Positions 1 through 9,536 of a stretch of DNA of 12,196 nucleotides are shown in pieces. The stretch is taken from positions 1-12,196 of the forward strand of contig JAHLWS010000002.1 in assembly GCA_019057795.1 (NCBI GenBank), given 5' to 3'. A model generated the notes under the pieces. The model had not been told where the DNA came from. It did no database searches and saw only the letters and a program-made list of their open reading frames with translations. The stretch comes from Promethearchaeota archaeon (lineage in GTDB: Archaea; Asgardarchaeota; Lokiarchaeia; Sigyniarchaeales; SOKP01). Each line of letters starts with the position of its first letter. The stretch's first letter is position 1. The translations under genes and the position numbers were made by a program.

Positions 1-1606
<1,606 letters not shown>

Positions 1607-1768
1607 TGGTGTCATCCGCAATGTATTTTAAGGGAACAGACTGAATGCTGGCAGGACGCATATGGAAAGGGTGGAAGTTATATTATTTCGAATGTTGATT
1701 ATTTCTTTAGAGTTTTTAAAGAAAATTTGATTACTTATACTATGGAAGATAAAAAATATGTCTATCAA
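1607..1768 (+). pseudogene. Probable degenerate remnant of the 3' end of a URO-D/methyltransferase-family gene
   Basis: Translation from 1607 gives WCHPQCILREQTECWQDAYGKGGSYIISNVDYFFRVFKENLITYTMEDKKYVY followed by CAA. This resembles URO-D-family C-termini as I recall them (GTPE.IR.E......YG.GGGYI.S.SDHFF.....NL..Y....K..VY*). CAA at 1766-1768 sits where a TAA stop would be expected. Confidence 0.55.
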
Positions 1769-1804
1769 GAGCTTGAATATTGGAATCAAAGGTGGTATAA
1801 ACAT

Positions 1805-3019
1805 ATGACATCAAGAGAGAGAATCCTCCTTACTCTTAAGCACGAAGAACCGGATCGTGTACCAATAGACCTCGGTGGGATGCGTTCATCAGGAATCCAT
1901 GCCATTGCCTACAACAAACTCAAACGTTATTTGAATTGTGAAGACAAGTCTGTGAAAATATTTGATCTTGGCCAACAATTAGCTGTAGTTGATGATGAGA
2001 TAAGGGAAAGAGTAACCTCAGATGTTATTGAGCTAAAGAGACTCGATGGTGGTTTTGGAACACGAATAAATAGTTGGAAACAAATTGACCTGTTTTTAGA
2101 TGGTGGAGAATATTATGTTCCAACAGATTTTAATCCGAAAGTATTGGCGGATGGTTCATTTGCGATTGAAATAGAGGGAAAGATAGTTGCTTTAATGCCA
2201 AAAGGTGGTTATTACTTTGATAGCAGATACGCACCGCTGGCTAATGCAAGTGGACGTAAAGAAATTGACATCATTCTCTCTAATAGAATCACGGGTGAAG
2301 AACTTGATTTTCTGGAAGCACAAGCGAGAGAGATAAAGAATAATACAGATTGTGCAATTCTGGGTTCTTTTGGTGGAAATTTTATTGAAATGGGACATAC
2401 GTTATTCGGATACCAGGAGTTTATGGAAAGATTGATTTTGAATAAATCATTCATCGAATACTTTCTCAGTAAACTTGAGGAGAAATACCTCGAAGAAATC
2501 GAACGTTATCTTAATAGAGTTGGCAAATATATAGATATCATCGTTTTGGGAGACGATTATGGTACTCAAAATGACCTGCAAATATCCATCAAGATGTTTA
2601 GGCAATTGTTCAAACCCCATCTGAAAGCTCTATGCGATTTTATAGAAGAGAGGAGCGATGTTTATATTTTTCTGCATTCTTGCGGAGCGGTGAGTAAACT
2701 GATCCCTGATTTAATCGATGCAGGCATACAAATCTTAAATCCGGTACAAACGAGTGCAAAAGGGATGTCTCCAGAATTATTGAAGAAGAAATTCGGTAAA
2801 GACATAGTCTTTTGGGGTGGTGGATGTGATACCCAAAGGATACTTCCCTTCGGTACTTTAGAAGAAGTTGAGAATGACGTGAAGAAGAGGATCGATATCT
2901 TTGCTCCGGAAGGAGGTTTTGTCTTTGCTGCAATCCACAACATTCAACAAGAGGTATCTCCAGAGAAATGCCTGAGGCTTTTCGATACTGCCAGAGATTA
3001 TGGAAAATATAGAAGTTAA
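1805..3019 (+). CDS. Uroporphyrinogen decarboxylase-fold protein (URO-D / MtaA-CmuA methyltransferase-like family)
   Basis: Likely start ATG 1805 after AAAGGTGGT. Family-typical N-terminus MTSRERILLTLKHEEPDRVPIDLGG and motifs GDDYGTQ, FLHSCG, GIQILNPVQ, KFGKDIVFWGGGCDTQ, GGFVFAAIHNIQ. The ORF-track start at 1727 is probably too far upstream. Confidence 0.88.
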   Translation: MTSRERILLTLKHEEPDRVPIDLGGMRSSGIHAIAYNKLKRYLNCEDKSVKIFDLGQQLAVVDDEIRERVTSDVIELKRLDGGFGTRINSWKQIDLFLDGGEYYVPTDFNPKVLADGSFAIEIEGKIVALMPKGGYYFDSRYAPLANASGRKEIDIILSNRITGEELDFLEAQAREIKNNTDCAILGSFGGNFIEMGHTLFGYQEFMERLILNKSFIEYFLSKLEEKYLEEIERYLNRVGKYIDIIVLGDDYGTQNDLQISIKMFRQLFKPHLKALCDFIEERSDVYIFLHSCGAVSKLIPDLIDAGIQILNPVQTSAKGMSPELLKKKFGKDIVFWGGGCDTQRILPFGTLEEVENDVKKRIDIFAPEGGFVFAAIHNIQQEVSPEKCLRLFDTARDYGKYRS

Positions 3020-3154
3020 AGTATCAACCAGAAAAATATCATAAAAATACTTGAAAATAGGGGAATGACTCAGTTTCGGGTAGAACGACGTCCACTTCAA
3101 GGATTAATATTGGTAATGCACTTTTATATTTTAAACAACCATATACTTATTTGC

Positions 3155-3183
3155 TTGACAATGAAAATAGTGTAATATATTAT
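3155..3183 (+). promoter_or_regulatory. Sigma70-type promoter for the Opp-type operon
   Basis: Perfect TTGACA at 3155-3160, 17-bp spacer, TATTAT at 3178-3183 (an overlapping TATAAT lies at 3181-3186), in an AT-rich intergenic region. Confidence 0.7.
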
Positions 3184-3189
3184 AATTAA

Positions 3190-3202
3190 TAAGCAATGCT
3201 TA
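3190..3202. promoter_or_regulatory. Candidate repressor operator, palindrome TAAGCA-A-TGCTTA
   Basis: Perfect 6-1-6 inverted repeat at the expected transcription start of the 3155-3183 promoter. Confidence 0.45.
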
Positions 3203-3521
3203 CTTACTGTTATATAAAGAGCGCAATGGATGATTATTAAGACCAGAAGATACATGGGTTAAACATTTTATTATCATACTTTACCTTCTGCTAAAGCAAA
3301 ATAGCATCTAAAAGAGATAGCCTTTAAAAAAATCTTTAAGAAAAATTGAAATGGTAAAAGCTTAGGAGGAGGAATTAAAAAATAAGGATGGGAGGAGGTG
3401 AAAAATTAGGTTAGCTTGGAAGCAAAGAGAGCCTCTTAAAGAGAAAAGTGCTGTATTAAGAATATAATTGAGGGGGCTTTCGTAATTAAGCAAATAAAAT
3501 TAATTTAGAGAGGTGAGTTAA

Positions 3522-5357
3522 ATGTTAAACCGAAGGAAATTGAGTAAAAGAAGCAGGTTTACCGTAATTAGCTTGAGGGTCACCCTAGTTTTTGTAGCTC
3601 TGTTGATTTTCGGCATCCTTTTGGCCCAGGGTGTATATGCTCAGAATCTCCCCAGAGATGAAACACTTTACGTTGCAGTATCAAAAAAAGTTGCTCTTGG
3701 TCCCAAAGTTTTTAACATCTATACACCGGGCTTTGATAGGTCGAGGTCAGGTCTGCATCAACTAGTAAACGAGTACTTCTTCTATGTAAATCTGGAAACA
3801 GGCGAGTATATACCCTGGTTGGCCGATAGTTACGAATACTCCGCTGACTTTAAGAAGATAACCGTAAACCTCAGAAAAGAAGTCAACTGGAACGATGGTT
3901 GGCCGTTCACTGCAGAGGACGTTGTATTTACTTATAATCTGCTCTTAGAGAGTGCACCGAAGATGACATGGTCTGCTGAGGTTGCTGCCTGGGTGGAATC
4001 GATAAGAAAGCTCGACGATTTTACCGTTGAGCTAACCCTAAAAAAACCTAATCCACGGTTCCATCTGATCAGAGAATGTTTTCCCGCAGTAAGGATCTGG
4101 GGAGGAGTGACAATTCTTCCCAAGCATGTATGGGAGGGAAAGGATCCCGTAAAATTCAATAACTATCCACCTGTGGGGACCGGCCCGTACAGACTTCTGA
4201 GCTCTTCCGAGACAGCTTTTGTCTACGAAAGAAGAGACAATTGGTGGGGTACGGAACAGTATGGGGTTAAGCCGGCACCAAGATATGTGGTTTACCAGTA
4301 CTTTGGCCCCGAGACCAGTGTTGCCATTGGTCTAACCACAAACGATATCGATTCACCAGCTATAGGGATTCTCTCGCTAGGCACCTACTTGGAAGTTAAG
4401 CGGAAAAATCCATACGTTACGGCGTGGTATGCAGGAGCTCCACACGCCTGGTTAGACCCTTGTCCGAGAGGGCTAATGATCCAGAATGCAAAGTCTCCCT
4501 GGGATCAAAAAGAAGCTAGATGGGCGATATCCTATTTGATCGATAGAGACTCCGTCGTCAATCTCGCCTACGAAGGAACCACCTCACCAAGCTGGGGACC
4601 CTATCCCTACTACAAGGGATTAGACCCTTACTTTGCAACTATTCAGGACCTACTTGAAAAATACCCGACAACAAAATATGATCCAGCAAAGGCAGAGGAA
4701 ATATTCAAATCTCTGGGCTTCAATATGGGGACGGATGGAGTATGGGTGATGGGTGATGGAAGCAGATTGAAGATGGACTTCCTGGTTGATTCAGGCGATT
4801 CAGAAGCGATGAAAGTTACCGCAGTAATAGCAGATCAATTAAGAGCTGGAGGAGTTGACGTAACAATTAGACCTCTAACTGGGGCGGTTCAGAGTGATAC
4901 AAGATTGCGTGGAGATTGGGATATTGCTTATCAACCTTTCTGCCCCGGAGATACTGATGTATTCGACAACTTAGAGCTTTTTCATAGCAAATACTATGTT
5001 CCTTTAGGTGAACCAGCGCCTTGGTATGAAAGAAACTCCTTCAGATATAAGAATACTAAATTAGATGCCATTGTGGATGAGATGTCGGTAACACCACCGA
5101 AAGATGTGGATAAGATGAAGAAGTTATTCCGCCAGGGGATGGAGATATGGCTTGAAGATCTTCCGGTAATTCCGATAGTTCAGGCACCAGCTCTGGTTCC
5201 CTTCAATACTGCCTACTGGGTTGGATGGCCTTCGGCAGCAGACCCTTGGAACATGCCTGTCAACTGGTGGGCGACGTTCAACCTTGTCGTATGTGGTTAT
5301 CCGTCTCCTGAGACAGGAGAATGGGTTGGTGGAATAAGAAGTAGTAGTCCAAGATAA
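3522..5357 (+). CDS. ABC transporter substrate-binding protein, family 5 (OppA/DppA-like, probably oligosaccharide-binding)
   Basis: RBS GAGGTGA upstream; signal peptide ending VYA|Q; mature start NLPRDETLY; family-5 motifs PWLADSYEYSADFKKITVNLRKEVNWNDGWPFTAEDVVFTY and PVGTGPY; C-terminal FNTAYWVGWPSAADPW like the sugar-binding OppA-type proteins of Thermotogae. Confidence 0.92.
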   Translation: MLNRRKLSKRSRFTVISLRVTLVFVALLIFGILLAQGVYAQNLPRDETLYVAVSKKVALGPKVFNIYTPGFDRSRSGLHQLVNEYFFYVNLETGEYIPWLADSYEYSADFKKITVNLRKEVNWNDGWPFTAEDVVFTYNLLLESAPKMTWSAEVAAWVESIRKLDDFTVELTLKKPNPRFHLIRECFPAVRIWGGVTILPKHVWEGKDPVKFNNYPPVGTGPYRLLSSSETAFVYERRDNWWGTEQYGVKPAPRYVVYQYFGPETSVAIGLTTNDIDSPAIGILSLGTYLEVKRKNPYVTAWYAGAPHAWLDPCPRGLMIQNAKSPWDQKEARWAISYLIDRDSVVNLAYEGTTSPSWGPYPYYKGLDPYFATIQDLLEKYPTTKYDPAKAEEIFKSLGFNMGTDGVWVMGDGSRLKMDFLVDSGDSEAMKVTAVIADQLRAGGVDVTIRPLTGAVQSDTRLRGDWDIAYQPFCPGDTDVFDNLELFHSKYYVPLGEPAPWYERNSFRYKNTKLDAIVDEMSVTPPKDVDKMKKLFRQGMEIWLEDLPVIPIVQAPALVPFNTAYWVGWPSAADPWNMPVNWWATFNLVVCGYPSPETGEWVGGIRSSSPR

Positions 5358-5372
5358 ATTTATTATAGTGAT

Positions 5373-5408
5373 ATAGATCGAACTCCCATATATGGGAGTT
5401 CGATCTAT
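5373..5408. repeat. Perfect 36-bp palindrome (18-bp arms); likely mRNA-stabilising or attenuating stem-loop between the binding-protein and permease genes
   Basis: ATAGATCGAACTCCCATA|TATGGGAGTTCGATCTAT is exactly self-complementary; no U-tract follows. Confidence 0.9.
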
Positions 5409-5429
5409 GCAAGGGAGGACTCCATAGTT

Positions 5430-6437
5430 ATGCGTTCGTATCTCAGGTATGTGTCTGGAAGGTTTGCCATCTTTATTATTACTATTTTCATCTCCATAAC
5501 GATAGTCTTCGTTTTACCCCGCCTTGTGCCGGGAGACCCTCTCTTTGCTATCACTTCTAAACTTGCTGAGATGGGTGGGTCCAGAGGATCTCCAGAGTTA
5601 GTAGAAGAATACAGAAAATTGTTTGGGCTTGATCAGCCTGTATTAACTCAATATCTATATTATCTCAGAGAACTTATCAGGGGTAATTTGGGTTATTCTA
5701 TCGCTAACTTTCCAGCAACAGTAACTGAACTTCTCATGCGTTCCCTCCCCTGGACCATAGGACTGCTTAGCGTAGCAACAGTAATAAGCTGGCTAACAGG
5801 GACATTTATCGGTGCGATCAGCGGATGGGGAGGGAAGGAGTCAAAAATATCCAAGGTTTTAGTCCCGTTGGCCCTTGGATTATACACTATTCCTTATTAT
5901 ATTTTAGCTATAATTTTGATTTTTCTCTTCGTTTATGTATGGGGAATTTTTCCTATCTCTGGAGGATACACACCAGGCTTTCCTATTAAGTTTTCACTTC
6001 CCTTTGTTCTTGATGTAATAAAACATTCAATACTCCCAGCTTTAAGTATTATCTTAATCTCCCTGGGTTGGTGGTTTTTGAGTATGAGGAGCATGATTGT
6101 GTTACTACAAGGCGAGGACTATATTCTCCTGGCTCAGGCTAAGGGTTTATCTGATAGACGAATACTCTGGAGATATGCTTTCAGAAATGCTCTTCTTCCC
6201 CAGGTGAGTGGTTTGGCGATTTCGCTGGCCCATATTGTCGGTGGATCAATTATTCTTGAGAAGATATTTGCCTATCCTGGTGTTGGATGGCTTTTATATA
6301 ATGCTATAACTGAACTTGACTTTCCAACGATACAAGGTGGAGTGTTGGTAGTTATCCTCGCTTTAACGGCAGCCAACTTTATTTTAGATTTAATCTACCC
6401 TCTCATTGACCCAAGAATCAAGTATAAAAGAGGTTAG
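5430..6437 (+). CDS. Opp/Dpp-type ABC permease (OppB/DppB-like)
   Basis: RBS GGGAGG; PRLVPGDP, FGLDQPVLTQY..YL..LIRGNLGYS, EAA loop EDYILLAQAKGLS..RILWRYAFRNALLP, EKIFAYPGVG, C-terminal DLIYPLIDPRI. Confidence 0.95.
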   Translation: MRSYLRYVSGRFAIFIITIFISITIVFVLPRLVPGDPLFAITSKLAEMGGSRGSPELVEEYRKLFGLDQPVLTQYLYYLRELIRGNLGYSIANFPATVTELLMRSLPWTIGLLSVATVISWLTGTFIGAISGWGGKESKISKVLVPLALGLYTIPYYILAIILIFLFVYVWGIFPISGGYTPGFPIKFSLPFVLDVIKHSILPALSIILISLGWWFLSMRSMIVLLQGEDYILLAQAKGLSDRRILWRYAFRNALLPQVSGLAISLAHIVGGSIILEKIFAYPGVGWLLYNAITELDFPTIQGGVLVVILALTAANFILDLIYPLIDPRIKYKRG

Positions 6438-6441
6438 CAAG

Positions 6442-7290
6442 ATGAAAAGAGGTTTGGTAGGAATTTTGATGGGTAATCGAAAATTTATTGTTGGTTTTAT
6501 TATATTTATAGTCATTCTTATGGGAGCAATCATAGCTCATCAGACCATCCCTTTTAGATATTCTCGTACAGGAGCATTCCCCCCGGGGCTCCCTCCGGGG
6601 ATTAAAAATATTTTAGGAACGGATTCTCTGGGAAGAGGCATCGATGTTCAACTAGCGGAGGCTGTTGTCAACTCTGTCCAGATTGGTCTGATTGCAGCCC
6701 TCATTGGAACACTTGTTGGAGCAGTTATAGGATTTACAAGTGGATATTATGGAGGGATAATAGACGCAATACTCAGGGTATTTATGGATGTGTTTTTATC
6801 GATCCCATCACTGCTCTTCTTGATATTGATAGCTTCACTAATGAGAGGTGTTACGGTGCAGGGAATGGCGTTGATTATAGCGCTGTTTGCCTGGGCCTCA
6901 CCTGCGAGGCAGATTAGAGCTCAGGTGCTCAGCCTCAAAGAGAGAGCCTTTGTAGATATGGCGATGCTTTCGGGAATGTCTGAAATGGAGATCATATTCA
7001 GTGAGTTGGTACCTCACATGTTCCAATGGATGAGTGCCAACTTTGTAAACGCCACATTAGCCGCAATGCTTGCCGAGTCAGGACTCTCCATCCTGGGACT
7101 GGGTCCACAAAATGAAATGACTTTAGGAATGATGATTTATTGGGCTTTGAGCTATGCTGCGGTTTTTAGAGGAATGTGGTGGTGGTGGGGCAGTACTGTC
7201 TTCACTCTCACTTCTATTTTTATTTCACTCTATTTATTGCATTTAGGTTTTGATGAAGTAATCAATCCCAGAATGAGATCAAAAATCTGA
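6442..7290 (+). CDS. Opp/Dpp-type ABC permease (OppC/DppC-like)
   Basis: LGTDSLGR, G..SGYYGG..D, EAA region RAQVLSLKERAFV..A..SG, AESGLSILGLG, C-terminal FDEVINPR. Start probably ATG 6442 (alternative ATG 6469). Confidence 0.93.
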   Translation: MKRGLVGILMGNRKFIVGFIIFIVILMGAIIAHQTIPFRYSRTGAFPPGLPPGIKNILGTDSLGRGIDVQLAEAVVNSVQIGLIAALIGTLVGAVIGFTSGYYGGIIDAILRVFMDVFLSIPSLLFLILIASLMRGVTVQGMALIIALFAWASPARQIRAQVLSLKERAFVDMAMLSGMSEMEIIFSELVPHMFQWMSANFVNATLAAMLAESGLSILGLGPQNEMTLGMMIYWALSYAAVFRGMWWWWGSTVFTLTSIFISLYLLHLGFDEVINPRMRSKI

Positions 7291-7309
7291 ATATAAGGAA
7301 ATTCTTAGT

Positions 7310-8287
7310 ATGACAGAGCGTAAACCAATATTAAAGGTAAAAGATCTGAAGGTTTACTATCATATTGATCGTGGATCTGTGCGAGCAGTAGATGGCGTAA
7401 GTTTCACTATGCACGAGGGAGAAAGTTTTGGGATTGTCGGTGAGTCAGGTTGTGGAAAATCAACTATGGCTATGGCTCTACTGGGTCTTGTTGTCTCACC
7501 AGGGACTATTGAAGGAGGACAAATATTCCTTAACGGCACCGACATTCTTACCCTGGATAGAGAATTAATACGTAAAATTCGCTGGAGTCAAATCTCTTTT
7601 ATTCCACAGGGAGCTATGAATTCCCTCAATCCGGTGATGAGGATCGGCTCTCAGATTGCCGATGTTATTACTACTCACCAGGGTTATCAGCCGGAGAAGA
7701 TTCTAAGGAAAAGAATTCAGAAGCTTCTCTCCACAGTTGGTCTGCCTCACCGGGTCTACAGAATGTATCCTCATGAACTCTCGGGAGGAATGAAACAGCG
7801 AGTTTGTATTGCTATGGCTATAACTTTGGAACCTGAGGTAATTATCGCCGATGAGCCTACCAGTGCCTTGGATGTCGTTGTACAGCGGGTGGTTATGCAA
7901 ACTCTCGTGGATGTTCAGGAACGGCTTGGGGCAGCTTTGATCCTCATCGGTCACGATATGGGGCTTCAAGCCCAGGTTGTCCATCGGCAGGCAGTTATGT
8001 ATGCTGGCAAGATTGCTGAAATCGGAGAAGTGAAGACAATGTACAAAAATTCCCTTCATCCTTATACCAAGCTCTTGATCAAATCACTTCCTACCTTACA
8101 GTCGCGTCATGATTTTCAGGGAATCCCAGGACTTCCTCCTTCTCTTTTCAATCCTCCAAAAGGATGTGCATTCAGTAATCGTTGTCCTTATGTTATGGAA
8201 AACTGTCGAGAAGTGATGCCGAAACTTGTGGAGGTCCAACCGAATCACCTTGTTGCCTGCCATCTTCACTCCGAGGTCATCAGGTAA
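7310..8287 (+). CDS. Opp/Dpp-type ABC ATPase (OppD/DppD-like)
   Basis: Walker A GESGCGKS, signature YPHELSGGMKQRV, Walker B IIADEPTSALDV, C-terminal HPYT and four-Cys extension. Confidence 0.96.
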   Translation: MTERKPILKVKDLKVYYHIDRGSVRAVDGVSFTMHEGESFGIVGESGCGKSTMAMALLGLVVSPGTIEGGQIFLNGTDILTLDRELIRKIRWSQISFIPQGAMNSLNPVMRIGSQIADVITTHQGYQPEKILRKRIQKLLSTVGLPHRVYRMYPHELSGGMKQRVCIAMAITLEPEVIIADEPTSALDVVVQRVVMQTLVDVQERLGAALILIGHDMGLQAQVVHRQAVMYAGKIAEIGEVKTMYKNSLHPYTKLLIKSLPTLQSRHDFQGIPGLPPSLFNPPKGCAFSNRCPYVMENCREVMPKLVEVQPNHLVACHLHSEVIR

Positions 8288-8319
8288 AGAGAGAATTTGT
8301 AAGAAGAAAGGAAACCAGT

Positions 8320-9333
8320 ATGAACGTTCAGAAAGAGGTACAAACTAAGATCCTGAGCCAGACTCAAGCACCATTGCTGGAGATTTGCAACCTCACCAAA
8401 GTCTTTGGCAGCGGCCTCTTACAGCGGGGTCAGAAGGCTGCCTTAGAAAATTTCTCCATGAGTATTCAAGGTAGTCCCTCGAAAATTATATCTATCGCTG
8501 GGGAGAGTGGGAGCGGAAAGACGACTCTTGCCCGACTTATCCTGGGATTTCTCATACCGACACAGGGAGAAGTCCGTTACCGGGGAAAAGATCTTAAAAT
8601 GATGGATCAAAAGTCATGGAAGACCTTCCGAAGGGAGGTCCAAGCCATCTTCCAAGATCCCTATGGAGTCTATAATCCCTTTTATCCAGTGGATCGTGTA
8701 TTTGAGATAGTGATTCGGAAATTCAAACTGGCGAAGAATCGACAGGAAAGCCGCCGTATCACAGAGGAAGCTCTGGTGGTCGTAGGGTTACGCCCTGACG
8801 AGATTTTGGGCAAATATCCCCACCAACTATCTGGGGGTCAGCGCCAACGGATTATGCTCTCCCGAGCTTTTCTACTTAAGCCAAAGCTCATCATAGCTGA
8901 CGAGCCGGTTTCAATGATCGATGCCTCCATGCGGGCGATCATTTTAAAGATTATGATGGACCTAAAGGACAATTTTGGAATTTCCTTCATTTACATTACT
9001 CATGATCTCTCTACAGCTTTTCAGATTAGCGATGATATTATCGTTCTTTATGAAGGATTGGTGGCTGAATCAGGAGATGCAGAAATCGTTATCAAGAGTC
9101 CGAAGCACCCTTATGTCCAACTCCTGGTAGGATCTATTCCCATCCCGGATCCTGACCAACCGTGGCAAGGACGCGTAGAACTTCCACCTGAAGAGGAATT
9201 AGAGATGAATACTCTGAGAGGATGCAAGTTCTATCGCCGTTGTCCTTATAAGATGGAAATATGTCTTAAGAACCCTCCGCCATTATATAATATTGGTGCA
9301 GACCATCTTGCTGCTTGCTATTTATATAAGTGA
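8320..9333 (+). CDS. Opp/Dpp-type ABC ATPase (OppF/DppF-like)
   Basis: Start ATG 8320 after AAAGGA; Walker A GESGSGKT, YPHQLSGGQRQRI, IIADEPVSMIDAS, HPY and C-terminal four-Cys motif. Confidence 0.95.
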   Translation: MNVQKEVQTKILSQTQAPLLEICNLTKVFGSGLLQRGQKAALENFSMSIQGSPSKIISIAGESGSGKTTLARLILGFLIPTQGEVRYRGKDLKMMDQKSWKTFRREVQAIFQDPYGVYNPFYPVDRVFEIVIRKFKLAKNRQESRRITEEALVVVGLRPDEILGKYPHQLSGGQRQRIMLSRAFLLKPKLIIADEPVSMIDASMRAIILKIMMDLKDNFGISFIYITHDLSTAFQISDDIIVLYEGLVAESGDAEIVIKSPKHPYVQLLVGSIPIPDPDQPWQGRVELPPEEELEMNTLRGCKFYRRCPYKMEICLKNPPPLYNIGADHLAACYLYK

Positions 9334-9536
9334 AGAGAGATAGATGAAGATGTATTAAGTATTAGATCAAGTATCCTGCCGATTATACTTGGAGATAATG
9401 TGATCTGGTACAAGGCTAAAATCTCAGGAAAAGGTTCTAACAGTTGAAGTGGTTTTTTTAAGTTGAGTAGGAATGTCAAACTGCCGCTGTGTTGTTCATG
9501 GGCGGAATTCGAGGAGCCAAGGGGTTAGAAATTATT

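Noticed and set aside
1727-1804. N-terminal extension of the URO-D protein from TTG 1727
   Set aside because: The family N-terminus begins at MTSRER with a good RBS before 1805; the extension is better explained as relic sequence.
1805-3019. Calling this gene hemE
   Set aside because: It lacks the RQAGR motif of true uroporphyrinogen decarboxylases, has H-x-C instead, and has no heme-pathway context.
3060-3120. Minus-strand GTTCTACC resembling a purine riboswitch core
   Set aside because: The remaining conserved elements and stems are absent, and no gene lies downstream on that strand.
3065-3175. 36-codon ORF MTQFRVERRPLQGL...
   Set aside because: The SD-like sequence is too close to the ATG, the ORF runs through the promoter, and I recognise no homology.
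3406-3424. TTAGGTTAGC resembling half of a DtxR/IdeR box
   Set aside because: The second half-site is missing and there is no metal-uptake context.
6426-6454. 10-bp direct repeat AAAAGAGGTT around the permease junction
   Set aside because: Short, overlaps the RBS and coding ends; no sign of an insertion target duplication.
7177-7188. TGG x4 microsatellite
   Set aside because: Encodes the Trp-rich motif common in OppC-type permeases.
8182-8319. Cys-rich N-terminal extension of the second ATPase in the ORF track
   Set aside because: Overlaps the preceding gene in another frame; a better start with RBS exists at 8320.
8160-9321. Four-Cys C-terminal motifs in both ATPases
   Set aside because: Known Fe-S-binding feature of OppD/DppD-family C-terminal extensions; not novel.
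9430-9460. Intrinsic terminator after the Opp operon
   Set aside because: A T-run is present but the preceding stem is too weak to call.
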